64,000 nucleotides of DNA from the NCBI RefSeq assembly GCF_018350175.1, contig NC_058383.1, positions 29,514,001-29,578,000 on the forward strand, read 5' to 3'. Source of the DNA: Felis catus. Lineage: Eukaryota. A model generated the notes under the pieces. The model was not told where the DNA came from. It saw only the letters and a program-made list of their open reading frames with translations, and did not search any database. This document shows positions 25,415-37,900 of this stretch, piece after piece. The translations under genes and the position numbers were made by a program. Within the stretch, counting starts at the first letter, position 1; every line of letters begins with the position of its first letter.

Positions 25415-26268
25415 CGTGGTGGGCAGAACGCCCCCCTCCAAAGATGCCCACGGCACAGTCCCCAGAACCTGTTAGGACGCTATGTTATAGGGCAAAGGGG
25501 GCTTTGCGGCCGTGGTTAAGGCTAGAGACCTTAAAATAGGGAGATTGCTTTGGGTTTTCCTGGTGGGCCCCACATAATCACACGATCTGATTTTATTTCT
25601 TTAATGTTTACTGACTTTTGAGAGAGAGTGAGTCGGGGAGGGGCGGAGAGCAAGGGAGAGGGAGAGAATCCCAGGCGGGCTCTGTGCTGTCAGTGTAGAG
25701 CTCGACGTGGAGCTCGAACTCCCAAACTGTGAGATCATGACCTGAGCGGCAATCAAGAGACTGCCGTTTCACCGACGGAGCCACCCAGGCGCCCCTATAA
25801 TCACATAATTCTGAAAAGTCCTCAGAAGCAGAGAACTTTCTCTGGCCGTAGGCAGAGAAATGGGCCGGAAGATGTCAGAGACTTGAAGCCTGGGAGGGTT
25901 TTGCCCCAGTGCTGCTGGCAGGGTGTGCATGGAAAGCACGAGAAGGAATGTGGGCAGCCTCTAGTTGCAAAGACCAGCCCCCCCCCCAATGGAAGCAGGG
26001 GCTCCTCAGTCCCACAACCACGGGGAACTGAATTCAGCTAACTACTGAAATGAGCTTGGAAACACATTCATCCCCAGAGCCTCCAGAAAGGAACATGGTC
26101 CCACTGACCACTCTGGTCTCAGTCTTGGGAGACTCTAAGCAAAGGACCCACCAGGGCACGGTGAACTTGGACTTCTGACCTGCAGACACATGAAAGGGTA
26201 AATAGACTTTGTTTTAAGCCTTCAAACCCGTGGCTGTGCATTACAGTCGCGATAGAAAACGAATATAC
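25415..26268 (+). mobile_element. MaLR LTR (MLT1D/E-like) split by a SINE
   Basis: ccccagaacctg...ggcaaagggggctttgc...gggcagcctctag...agagcctccagaaaggaac...gttttaagcc. Confidence 0.85.
25590..25795 (-). mobile_element. Can-SINE
   Basis: Reverse SINE ending gagccacccaggcgcccc; ataatcaca on both flanks. Confidence 0.95.
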
Positions 26269-26414
26269 CGCATGTGATTTGCAGGACCTGCCTGCATGCT
26301 CACTGCGTCCACAGTCTATATCTGTCCTAGTGACCTGTCACACGGACTTACACCCCTGCTGTCAGAGGTGCACCTTGAAATTAAGGCATTTTTTTTCCCT
26401 TCAAAGGTCTTGTT

Positions 26415-26592
26415 GGGGGAGCAGCTGGGGTCTCATTCTGTTGAGCATCCACCTCTTGATTTCGACTCACATCAGGATCTTCGGGTTATGAGACTCTGTG
26501 GGCTCTGTGCTGAGTGTGGAGCCTGCTCGAGATTCTCTCTCTCTCTCTCTCTCTCCCTCTCTCTTTCTCTCTCTCTCAAAAAAAAAAAAAAG
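26415..26592 (+). mobile_element. Can-SINE (diverged)
   Basis: Degenerate head, (CT)n, A tail. Confidence 0.85.
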
Positions 26593-27559
26593 CCTTGCTG
26601 ATAAGCACAGACACCATCTGAGATGAAATAATGCGTTAGCAGCCTGTCACTGATTAACATGCAACCAGAGGCATTGCCTGTCCCAGAACGTAGAACAGGC
26701 ATGTTCTGACACAGAGGCCGGAAATTCCAAGCAGAAAAGGACCCTTCTCTGGAAGGGAAGATCTGGGGAGGGAACAGGTGTGAAAGGACCCTGAACAGCA
26801 CGCAGGGGCTAAGGGCTCCTTAGAGACAGGAAGGAGAGTGGCCCCCGACATAATTTTATCTGGAGCCACCATGGCCTTGTGGTGTCCTGACTTATGGCTT
26901 TGGAATCCGCTGTTTTCCATGCGGAGAATGCCCTTCCGTTGGCCCGTCAGAAGGGCCTTCCATGACCATCCTACCAAAGCAGCATCGCTCTCCCCTGGCC
27001 ACTCTGGTCCTCTCCATGGCCCTATCACTCTCTGATAGGATCTCTGCATTTGCAGGTACTTATAATTCCCACCCGACTAAGCTATAGGCTCCAAGAATGC
27101 TGGGACTTGGCCTCCCTTCTGGTATCCCCAGTGCCCAAACGATGGCTGAGACAGGCTGGGGATTCAGCAAATACCCACCGAATGAAAGGAAGACTAAAAT
27201 ACAAGGTACTGTCTGCCAACAGCAATCAAAGACGCAAAGGATGAGAATCTCTAAGGGTGGGGAGGCTAACGGAAGAGAATTGATTGAAAAGGCCCGGATG
27301 TTTGCAAGGGAGGTAGGGGTCTGACTTAGATAGGAGTTGGCCCGCAGGAGGGTGGACTCATGCAAGAAAAGGCAAGGCAATGGGGGGACAGCAGGGGTGC
27401 TTGGGCAATGGGTGTCAATCCAGTTTGCCAGAAGGCAGAGTGTGTAGTCACAGGTGAACGTGCTGTGAAAGGCGTTAAGCTTAAGCATCAGGGTTTAGCA
27501 CCTGCACGGGCACTCCCAAGTCCCTAGCAAGGTACTCACAGGGTCACGTGTTTCCATGT

Positions 27560-28570
27560 GATTTGCACGAATAGGATGGTTCGCCCACCACCAGTTAAGG
27601 CCAGTTCTCCTTCCGGTTGGTTGGCTTCTCTTCCATCTCACTTCCTTTTGCGTCGGGTGGCACTGGGATTTCTGTGGATGATTGTTGGGTCTAGCTAAAG
27701 GAAGCTGAGTTGGGAATGCATCAGGCAGCTGTGTAAATAAATATGTCCCACGTAAGCCACCAAACGTGTGGCTGTGTGTCCCAGCAGCAACGGAAAACGA
27801 ACACACCCAGTGTTGGTGTCCCCACACTACAGGTGAGTGGTACACGTCTTTGCACCTGCTGTCCTCTATGCTGAGTGGGGTGTATTTAAGCAGTTCACAG
27901 TCACTTCCTCTACAGTTAAGTAATTACCAGCTATCTTCATGCAGGAATAGTTTCCAGGAATCCTCTCACTACCCACTGGGCCAATTCACCTGGAATTATG
28001 ACTTAAAGACACGTCACGATATGAATCTACCCCCGAGGATGTGAGTAACGGAGTAGAAACAAGTCTGAAGTGCATGAGCCAGAAGCTGGTCTGTGGAAAA
28101 TTACTCCAAACCTTTGAGCCCATATATGAAAGAAACCTGATGGCAATTTTCCAAATTTAACATTTCTAGAATTTCATATGTTGTTACCAATACAAAGTTG
28201 TAAGGCTGAAAGAAAAGTTTATAAGTTATCAAGAATAGGAAAACAGGGGTGCTGGGGTGGCTCAGTCGGTTAAGCGTCCCACTTCGGCTCAGGTCATGAT
28301 CTCATGGCTCGTGGGTTCAAGCCCTGCATCAGGCTCTGTGTTGACAGCTCAGAGCCTGGAGCCTGCTTTGGGCTCTGTGTCTCCCTCTCTCTCTGCCCCT
28401 CCCCGCTCAGGCTATGTCTCTCTCTCTCTTTGAAAACATAAAATGAAAATGAAAAAAAAAAAAAAGAATAGAAAAACAAATTCAATCAGTCAACATGGTG
28501 TAGGAAAGATGGAACGATTGTTCCATGTTCTCTAGAAAGTGGTATTTTAAAGTCGCTGCTGGACGTAGAG
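27560..28570 (+). mobile_element. hAT (Tip100-like) DNA transposon fossil with transposase C-terminal remnant
   Basis: 28148-28243 translates FPNLTFLEFHMLLPIQSCKAERKVYKLSRI, continuing after the SINE as NKF.QST..ER; resembles the hAT dimerisation motif LPxTSxxxERxFSxL..K..RSTM..ERL. 5' limit uncertain. Confidence 0.65.
28246..28465 (+). mobile_element. Can-SINE
   Basis: Full SINE; TSD aagaatag(g/a)aaaaca. Confidence 0.95.
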
Positions 28571-29329
28571 GCAAAGAGGAAGAAGAAGAGAGGCATATTG
28601 GCACTGATGGCTGTGGACGTCAATGGCAGAGAGGCAACAGTCAAAGACAGAGGAAGGGGAGTGCTCCCCCAAACCAGAGGGCCGGACAGAACCTCGGGAA
28701 GGGGCCAGAAGAACCTTGAGGGTAGCCCTCATGCAGGCAGAGAAAAGGAACTGACGGTGTGAACCAGCCGTGCTTTGCCAGCCATCGCGCTAAGGGCTGG
28801 ATGCTGGTGTTTGAGTCTCCAACAGCCTTACCACGTAAGCGCGTGTGTCTTCCCCACAGACACACACCTGAAGCTCAGAAGAGGGAGGATTGCATCCAAG
28901 TCTATTCAGCTCTGAAACCCACCACAGGATGAGCGAGACCACCAAGAAGTGGGGCTGCGACGAGGAAGCCGGTAGAGGATAGACATGAAAAGAAGGCAAG
29001 TGATGGCCAACGCTTAGACATCTTTTAGAGCCAGAGATGGGGAACCCAGATGCCTGCAGGGGCTGGGCAGTCGGCAAGCGATGGAGAGGTGTTTGCAACA
29101 CAAAACTCACAAGCTAATCTTGACTTACATGAACTAATTTATACTCCTTTTTTTCGTTTTTTTAACACACAAGGCTTCCTTGGCCGTGCTTTCGTTTTCC
29201 TTGATACAAGAGCAATTTCTTGACTGTCAAGGAACAAGACTACGTATGTGCAATGATCCCGGGCTGTGGGTTCTTGGTCTCAGCGCTGGGGATGGGTGGG
29301 GACGGTGGCAAATTGGAGAATTACTCACA

Positions 29330-29520
29330 CTACCCAGTTCCAGGCCATGATGCCAGGTGGAAATGACCCAGGATCGTCAGATCTGATTTTCCAATGGAAG
29401 CCAAAAAGACAGATTTTCATGTGAACTCTTAATTTCTAAATGTTGTCAGTGAATTTTTTTTTTAGAATAATGTGTAGCCCACAAGATGCATCTGTGAGTC
29501 AGATATGAAACCATGTTTGA
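29330..29520 (+). mobile_element. MER102-like hAT fragment
   Basis: gattttccaatggaagcc...gattttcatgtgaa...aaatgttg...tctgtgagtcagat. Confidence 0.5.
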
Positions 29521-29559
29521 TCCAGAATGAATGAGGTTGGTGAAAATAATAACAGAGAC

Positions 29560-29770
29560 AATGATGATAAACTTGTGAATATTTAATGTGCCAAGAACTG
29601 TTCTTACCCGAATGAAAGTTAAGCTTCTACCACAACCCTGTAAAGTTCGATATTATTATTCCTTTTTTATATATGGGGAAACTGAGGCTCAGAGAGCTCA
29701 TGTTCATGTACCCAGGAAGCGTGGAGCCAGGATTTATACCACGCAGACTGACTTCAGAACCTGGGTTCTT
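29560..29770. mobile_element. MIR
   Basis: acaaccctgtaaag...ggaaactgaggctcagagag core. Confidence 0.8.
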
Positions 29771-30729
29771 CATCCCCAAAGCTGGTTTAGAGAAGACCTC
29801 TGATTTTACACCCAGGAACAGCGTTATCCCAGGGACTGAGGCAGAGCTTATGAGGCATGTGGTTTTCTGAAACTATTTACATTTTTTTTACCTGGGTGCA
29901 AGAGTGTGTTTTCATTGGAAGGGAAGACCAAAGCTTCCATAAAGCTCTCAAAGAGACTCTAGAAAGGACGGAGTGACTGATTTAGGATCATGAGTAACTT
30001 GGCTTCAGACAAGCCAGTCCCATAGACTAAGGGGCAGAAGCTGAATGGCCAGGGGTTAAAGAGATAGCAAGCTATACACGGTGGGGGTCAGCCCTTTCTA
30101 GAATACTGGCAGTGAAGAAAGAGAAAACAGGGGTAAGAGAAGTTTCTACAGATAAGAGAGATCTGGGCATTTCGTCTGCTGGAGAAGGAGGCGAGGGAGA
30201 AGGAAAGAATGAAGCATGTATGGTTCTTACAGAGCAAGGACACTTTGAAAAGGGCCATGCCTTGGCTCCCAAGCACGAGGGTCCCAAGAAGGCTGGACAA
30301 GTCGAACTAAACCACGGTTTCACAAAATGGGAGTAGCTTCTCTCCTATGCTCTGCCCCACTCCAACCCAGGAGTGAAGCCCGAGAACTTCCTTACCCATC
30401 CACCTCTTTCCTGCTCTCCCTTTCTTGGTGCCGCAAAGCCGGGGTCAGGGCGCCCCACAGGATCTGCTAGTGTGTGTCTCTTACACACCCACCCAGCTTT
30501 GACTTCCCGCCAGCAAAGGGGACAGTGCGCGTCTCTTTGCATTCTCCAAGAAAAAACAGCCCCGTCCGCCTGCTTGCCATGTTCTGTTCTGGCCTCGTTA
30601 TCACTCAGATTTGTTTGAACGATCACTCCAGATTCATTTCTCCCCAGTAGGTGAGACAGGTTTTAAAAAACATGAACTATGATAAATAGATGAATTTAAA
30701 AGGACAAGAGACGATGAGTGAATGCCACC

Positions 30730-31332
30730 TACAGAATGTTTGTGTCCCCTCAATATTCATATGCTGAAACCTAATCCCCAGTGTGATGGTATTGGTGGGG
30801 GGGGGGGAGGGCTTTTGGAGGTGATTAGTTCATGAGAGTGGTGCTCTCATGAATGGGATTAGTGCCCTTATAAAAGACACCCTGGAGGGGCACCTGGGTG
30901 GCTCAGTCGGTTAAGCGTCCGACTTCGGCTCAGGTCGTGATCTCGCGGTTCATGGGTTTGAGCCCCGTGTCGGGCTCTGTGCCGACAGCTCAGAGCCCGG
31001 AGCCTGCTTTGGATTCTGTTCTCCCTCTCTCTCTGCCCCTCCCCCACTCATGCTCTGTCTCTCTCCATCTCTCAAAAATGAATAAACATTTAAAAAGATT
31101 GGAAAAAAAAAAAGACACCCTGGAGAACTCCTTCACCCCTTCTGCCATGTGAAGACACAGAGAGAAGACAGCTGTCTATTAATCAGGAAGTGGGTCCTCA
31201 CCAGACACCCCACCTGCCAGGCACCTTGGTCTCGGACTTCCCAGTCTCCAAAACTATGGGAAATAAATGCCTGCTGTTTAAGCCCCCCAGACTGTGATAG
31301 TTTCGTTACAGCAGCTTGAATGGACTAAGACA
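30730..31332 (+). mobile_element. MaLR LTR (MLT1A-like) split by a SINE
   Basis: gaatgtttgtgtcccc...catgaatgggattagtgcccttataaaaga...gaatggactaagaca. Confidence 0.9.
30887..31110 (+). mobile_element. Can-SINE
   Basis: TSD aaaagacaccctggag on both sides. Confidence 0.97.
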
Positions 31333-32824
31333 GTGGATAACTCAGGACAGGAGTCAGCACTGGCTTCTCTGAGGATGCTGCTTTTGACATGACTCATGAA
31401 GACCAAATCAAAGTTAACTAGAGGAAAAGGCGCAAGGGTGGTGGTTGGGCAGCGAAGGGCAAATTCAGGCAGGGCGAACTGCACTGTGAATGGAGAAATA
31501 ATGCTCTCGGATGGGGGAGGAGTAGTCAATGACAACCACACACCATCACAGCCGCAGACACCAGGTCCCACACAGGAGGAAGGCTCCTGGGGAGGGTGGG
31601 TAAGTGGCCTCAGGGATGAGTGAGCAGAATTAGGAAGTTTAGTGTACAACGTCTGGTGCTTTTGATCGCACCTCTTGCATACAATTCTTAGGTTTGGGAA
31701 ATTTCCTGAGATTCTCCTCTCTACAAGGCGGAGATGAGAAGCTCTGTTTACTAGATTCCTTTGCAGCAAAGACATAGGTGTTGTTCCTGGCTCTGCACCC
31801 TCTAAGCCCAATGACCTGGTCCTGCTGGGGCTCCCGCGAGTTGCCTAACACCATCTAACATTTTCCCTTTCTTTTCAAAGTAACTGAAATGGATTCTGTT
31901 GTTCTCAACCGAGAACCCTGACAAAGGCAGGAAGGATGACTAAGTAATTAGAGGAAAAAGGGAGCGACAGAGCTTAGGCACAGGGGCGCAAAACAGTACG
32001 ATGTGGCAAGGGAGCATAATAGGTTAGGAAGCAAATTTTCCCCAAGTCTGAGAAGGACACATCTTCAACTTGGGAGAAAACAAGCTCAGGACAGCTCTGG
32101 GCTGCTGCTATGACCCGCAGCACGTTGGGTATCTGCTGTTCCATACAGTACTAGGAGTACTGGGGACACACAGCAAGGCTGTGGGGAGGGGAACATTGGG
32201 TTCAGTTGGCAGAGTATCTTGTTCCTGAAGTCGGGGTATTACCTGCATCTCCTCAAACCCTTTAACCCCTTGCCACAGTATGGAAGTACATGCTCCCGGG
32301 AATCAGAAGCCCTAGGCTGGAGACCACGAACTGTTAATTGGGTGACCTTGAGCACAAGGTCACTTCCATTCTCTGATCCTCAGTTTCCACATCTGTGAAG
32401 TTGGGTAACACGTGTTATATGACACGGCACCCACGCAAATGGTGTGTCAACTATGAAGTGCTGAGTAAACGTGATGGATGATTCTCACCGCGTTTGGGGT
32501 ACCAAACAGAAGCAAAATACAAATGGAAGTTAAGATTGATGATTTCAGTGGGGGCCGCATGGGGCCCAAGGCCGTGGGTTGTAAGTCATCAAAATCAAGA
32601 AAGAAACGGCTCTTGAGGAAGATGTTAAGATTATCTGTAGTCAGCCAGGACTCTTGTGGTTGCGAGGGACACTAGCCTCATGCCAAAGTGGCTTCAGAAA
32701 ACAAACACAACTTTCATGTCAAAGTGCTTGATTCAGGCCCAGTTGGGTACAAGCACTCAAGCAACAAAATCACACCTCCAACTCCATCTTCTGTTACATT
32801 TTTGTTGATCATCCTCAGACAAAT

Positions 32825-33010
32825 TCTTTCTTTCTTTTTTAAGATTTATTTATTTATTTTGAGAGACAGAGAGCGCGCGTGTGAGCGAGCCCGAGCAGGG
32901 GACACCCTCAATGCAGACCCCAGTGGGGGCTCAACCCACAAACCAGGAGATCGGGACTGAGCCAAAATCAAGGGTCAGACGCTTAACCCACTGAGCCACC
33001 CAGGCGCCCC
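32825..33010 (-). mobile_element. Can-SINE
   Basis: Reverse SINE ending ctgagccacccaggcgcccc. Confidence 0.9.
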
Positions 33011-35534
33011 AAATTCTCTGTTTCTGCTACCAAGAAGCTGGCTGCCAAGAAGCGGGCAGCTGCTACAGCCCTGATAGTCTCTGGTCTATTTGAAAGGAAC
33101 ACAACCGCAATCTTGAAATTTCTATAAAACCTTTTTGGTATCTCATTGGCCCCATCTAAATGATGTACTCTTACCTGAGCCGATAACTTGGCAGGAATGC
33201 GATGATCTCATTGGCCAATGCTCAATCACATGATCACATTCGGAGCCAGTCAAAACACTTCACTTCAAAACCTCAGGGTGGGGTGGTTTAGCGCAGGTAG
33301 AAGTCGGCTCCAACAACCACAAATACCTACAGCGGGTAGTTACTGATTGTGAGTATTTACTATGCTTTGAAGAATCTACATGGAACCCATCTAAAAACGA
33401 ATCATGCTTAAAAATGCCGCAAACACTCCATGCTTAAAAATGCTGGGAGGAACCTTATTCCAGGGACTTCTATGAATTAGTCATGAGGGTGATTTGAATG
33501 CTGCCCTCTGAACAGCGCTTTGACATCTTATGACTCTTCTAACTTTCTACAGAGCTCCCACATTTGTTCCTTTATTTGATCTACATTTAACCATACTCCT
33601 AGGAGTCAGAGAAGTTAAGTCACTTGCTTAAAGTCACACAGCCAACCCTGATTTCCTGCCTCCCGGCTTGTAAGTTGTCCGCTCTTGATCCTGGGGTACT
33701 AGCAAAAGATAGTATGGGCAAGTTAGGGGAGAGAGTGGCGATGCAGGCGTTTAGGCACGAAGGGTAAACCAGACAGACTCAGTCTCTGTGTGCATAAGCA
33801 CAAAGCGTCGTGTGGACACAGACAAGAAACCAGACCCTGATTGTTCCCTGTGCTAATGACACAGGTGAGCCCAGAGCCCCCTGGGAGCTCCCGCGGATTC
33901 TGCTGGCGACACTGCTTTTCAAGTGAAGACAAGGAGTGAGGGAGTGTGCATCTTTAAGGATCACATAACCTCTATTTTAATTATTAACTTGCTGCATTAT
34001 TAACTGACCAGCTGTGGGTGGCAGAGAACCAAGGGTCAGAACTCTACGGCAACAATTCGTTCCTGGTGGAGCCCCCAGGCCAGCAGTTCTGAAACCTTCT
34101 TAGGGCACATTAAGCACCTGATGAATGATGGCAAACTTCCCTCCAGCAAAAGGCACGACTGGTCTGCAATTTCAGGACTCAGCTCTACCTACTTCCTCCC
34201 CATGTCCTGAGGGGCTACCCACACCAGGCCTAATGTCCCCAGGTCCCCTAGCCTTCCTTGGTCTCTTTCCAAATAATAACCCCACCCCCACCCTCACCCC
34301 TCCCACTGCCTGCCATGGGCAGCCTTGGGGAAAAGAGGAAGGTGAAGAGATTAGGAGGTGGGACTTAACAGCACAAACCTCAACCATTTGGAGAAGAGAG
34401 AAAAATAAAGTTCTCTTCCAGAAGGCACTGGCCAAACTTCCTCTATACATGGATATCCCTACAGCACGCACACATCTGTTCAGTCCAAAACTTCAAACAT
34501 ATGGATGGCACCTTCAAGGCTTTTGGTTTGTTCCTCCCACACTGTGACAATTTTTCCTCAAGAACAATACACCTGAAGTTAAAATTTTCTTTTAAAAGAG
34601 GACTTTCTTTTAAAGTAGAGAGCCACGATGATTATTTGAAAAAAAAAATTAAACACTCAGAAAACAAAACAATGTTATTGAATCCTAGCTAGCCTTGGTA
34701 ACTGTGCTCTGAGCCCAGAGATGTTCTTTCCGATTAGATATATAGATGGGCAGGTTTTTAAAAGGGGGGCAGAGAGGGTGGGGAGAGGAATAGCATGTTG
34801 GACACACATTCACACCAAACTGCAACTTTTGATGTTATCAGATGGGTTGAAATGATTGCAAAGCCAACAATTTCCTCACCAAATGGTTCAGACTTAACTT
34901 CATGCCTCACCCTGTCGGGGAACACTGTGATTTATTTAACAGATATCTATTGAGTTACCTACTAAATGCTCTTGGGCATCGATGAATAATGGGGATGAAA
35001 GGAAAATACACATGGTTCCTGCCCTCCCAGACAGACAATTCCCTTGGTGGAGACAAACAACGAAATGGAAAAGAAAACAATTTCAAATTGGGTTGGGTAC
35101 TACCTACAAAAACCCAACAGACCCAACAAGGGGTTACAAGAGAAGGTTGAAGAGGCATGAGATGTACGGGGGGGGGGGGGGGGGGGGCTTCACAGACTGG
35201 AGCCAAGATCAGAAGGCAGTTTGGTCTTTGAGTGAGTGAGACCGGAGTTTCCAGTAGAAAACTCACGCTCAGGATCAGACTCTCAGGGAGTGGGAAAGTG
35301 GTTAGCAGCTGTAACTCGATATCCCAGGCATAATCTGAAGGACACTAGAGAGACCTGCTCTTTGCCCCTGATTCAATCAGAAAGCAAAGCAGATGTTGTC
35401 TTAATAGTTTTCCAGTCCAGTGGCCAAGAGAAAACAAAATATGTCATACATATGGTTGTATTTAAAGGCAAGATTACAACACATGTCCAACAAACGTTGG
35501 TTGTTGCTGGAGCAAGAGATTCCATTTGTAATCA

Positions 35535-35846
35535 CAGCTGAGTTAATCTAATTAACTGCAAATGAAGACAGTTTTCAAGTTCAGCCAAAATGGTCACAAG
35601 TACATGCTTTTTACAATGTTTTCCCCTCTTCTCTCCTTGAAGGGCCCCAACCTGCCATCCTGTTTTTAAATGCTGAAGTCCTAGTGACGTGACATGAGAG
35701 TTTCTATTTGTTGTTTGGCTGGATCTCTGCAGAGGCAAAGGCTCGATGCCCTAAAGAAATTAGATCTTTTAAAATATAAATCAGTACGATGGCTTTTGAT
35801 CGCAATTGATCAATATCCAGGCCCCAAAATGGAGATTGCACAATCT
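35535..35846. promoter_or_regulatory. Candidate developmental enhancer
   Basis: CAGCTG 35535-35540, TAATCTAATTA 35544-35554, ATTGATCAAT 35805-35814, ATTGCACAAT 35835-35844; repeat-free. Confidence 0.4.
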
Positions 35847-36309
35847 ACCATCAGACTCGCTACACCCATAGAGGTCGATGCTCCACGCCAAGCCCCCTCA
35901 GCCTTGCCTAAGAACCCAGGCTCCCACCCTACCAGCCAAGCCCTCTGCGTTTCCCTTAGATGGTCCTGGATAGGAGCGTAAGAAAAATCCCAGGCTTAAC
36001 ACTGGCCTCTTAAGTGCTGGCGCCTCTTAGGGCAGTCAGTGATGTGGGGTGGCCAGGATGAAAGGCTGACTTTAGCTCTGCTTTGGGGGCCTCTTGAATC
36101 ATCTATGTTGGGAAGCTGGATGTCCTGGGGGAGGATAATGGATTAAGATCATTCCATCTGAAAGAGTTCACTCAGATACAAGCAAAAAGATAGATGATGA
36201 CACCATTAGGTTTACAAACCACAGAGCATTTGCTCCCCCATTCCATACAGGATGAAAGCTCTAGGGCCATTTCATGTTAGGCTCCCTGAAGCAGAAGGGT
36301 TAGGATCTG

Positions 36310-36480
36310 GGGCTTTTGACTCAGGCAGTCCCGGGTTCAAATTCCAGCTCTATCATTCACTATATGTCGAAATGCAGATAAGCCATGCAACCTCTGAGCT
36401 TCACTTTCCTCATCTGTGAAAAGGGCATGACACCACTTGCCTGGAGTTGCTTGGAAAATGGGAAATGATGCATATGGAAC
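36310..36480. mobile_element. MIR
   Basis: gggttcaaattccagctct...aacctctgagcttcactttcctcatctgtgaaa. Confidence 0.8.
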
Positions 36481-37458
36481 TGGCAAGATAATGCCATGCA
36501 CAATGTCAACGGCACGTAGTTTACATCTGCATTCAGTAACGGTACCTTCCCTCTGCCACTCTGTGCATTCGCCAGATCTCCCCTCCTGCCTCTCTTCTCT
36601 GGTTTTCTCATATGGCTGCCCCAACTGTAAGCAATCCCTATGATGTCATCCAACCCTGGTCGTTCAACTTCTTCCTTAGGTCACACATTTCTCAGGGGCA
36701 ACTCTGGGTGACAGCCATCAATACAAGCTGCGGCCAAGGAAGGCGCTCCATCCTTATGAATGGCGATTCCCAAGTGTGCTCTGTGTCAACAGTAACTAAG
36801 GCCTGTGAGCATTCCTTGGGAGATGGAACAAAATGGAATTCTGTGGTCATATCAGTTTGGGAAATGCTCAGAGATTCATAGGACACATTCATATATTAAA
36901 GGCTCTGAGGAATCTTACCATGAATAACCCCACTTAGCTTTGTTTGCTTTACCCTTCCCACTTTATCTGATTTACTGGTGTCCTGCTATCCGTGGTTCCT
37001 TCTTTAAGTGCTTTCCTTTACACCCTTTTTAGTATGAACTAAATAATCCCCCTTCGCAAATAGAGAAATAGGGTTCAGAAAGGTTAAATGGTTAGCACAT
37101 CCTGATCCAGTGGGCAGTACCAGAAACACCTGCTCCCTCTTTGAGTCCAGGGCTCTTTTCTCTACATCTGGAAGAAATAGCTTAATAAATCCCTTTCTGC
37201 CAAACAATCCCAGAATCTATAAATCACTGGATAGGCTCACCGGATTGCATTGCCTGACAATTTCATCTTCGTAGCAAGGAGAAAACCATAGAGGGAGAGT
37301 GATTTGTCCAGAATTAGGGGTGGCAGAGTTGAAAGTGGCACCCAACCTACTAATCTCCAGGCTCAGCTGCCTTTACCTTACGCCTGGGATTCATGGGTCT
37401 GGCTTAAACTCCTCAGCCATCTTCTTCAATTACATCTTCCCTCTCTCCAAGGCTAGAT

Positions 37459-37900
37459 CAGTGCTGCCCGACAGACCCTTCTGAAAGAGGGTGGAAACGT
37501 CTATAGCTGTGGCATCCCTTCCGATAAACACTAACCACATGTAGCTGTTGATCACTACAGATGAATCTAGTGCAAATGAGAAACTAAACTTTTCACACCA
37601 TTTCATTTTGAAAAGAAAAAATTTTTTTAATGTTTATTTATCTTTGAGAGAGAGACAAAGTGCGAGCGGGGTAGGGGCAGAGAGAGAAGGAGACACAGAA
37701 TCTGAAGCAGGCTCCAGGCTCTGAGTTGTCAGCACAGAGAGTGATGCGGAGCTCAAACTCATGGATGGTGAGATCACGACCAGAGCCGAAGTCAGACACT
37801 CAACCAACTAAGCCACCCAAGTGCCCCTCATGCCATTTCATTTTAATGAATATACATTAAAATAGCTGCACGTGACCAGCCACCATATCAGACAGGGTAA
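37459..37900. mobile_element. MER3/MER33-like hAT element split by a SINE
   Basis: ctaaccacatgtagctgttgatcac...tagtgcaaatgagaaactaaac...aaatagctgcacgtg. Confidence 0.55.
37622..37828 (-). mobile_element. Can-SINE
   Basis: Reverse SINE; ccatttcatttt on both flanks. Confidence 0.95.

Noticed and set aside
30898..31152. Recurring MAQSVKRPTSAQV-type ORFs resembling a paralogous peptide family
   Set aside because: All are translations of Can-SINE copies
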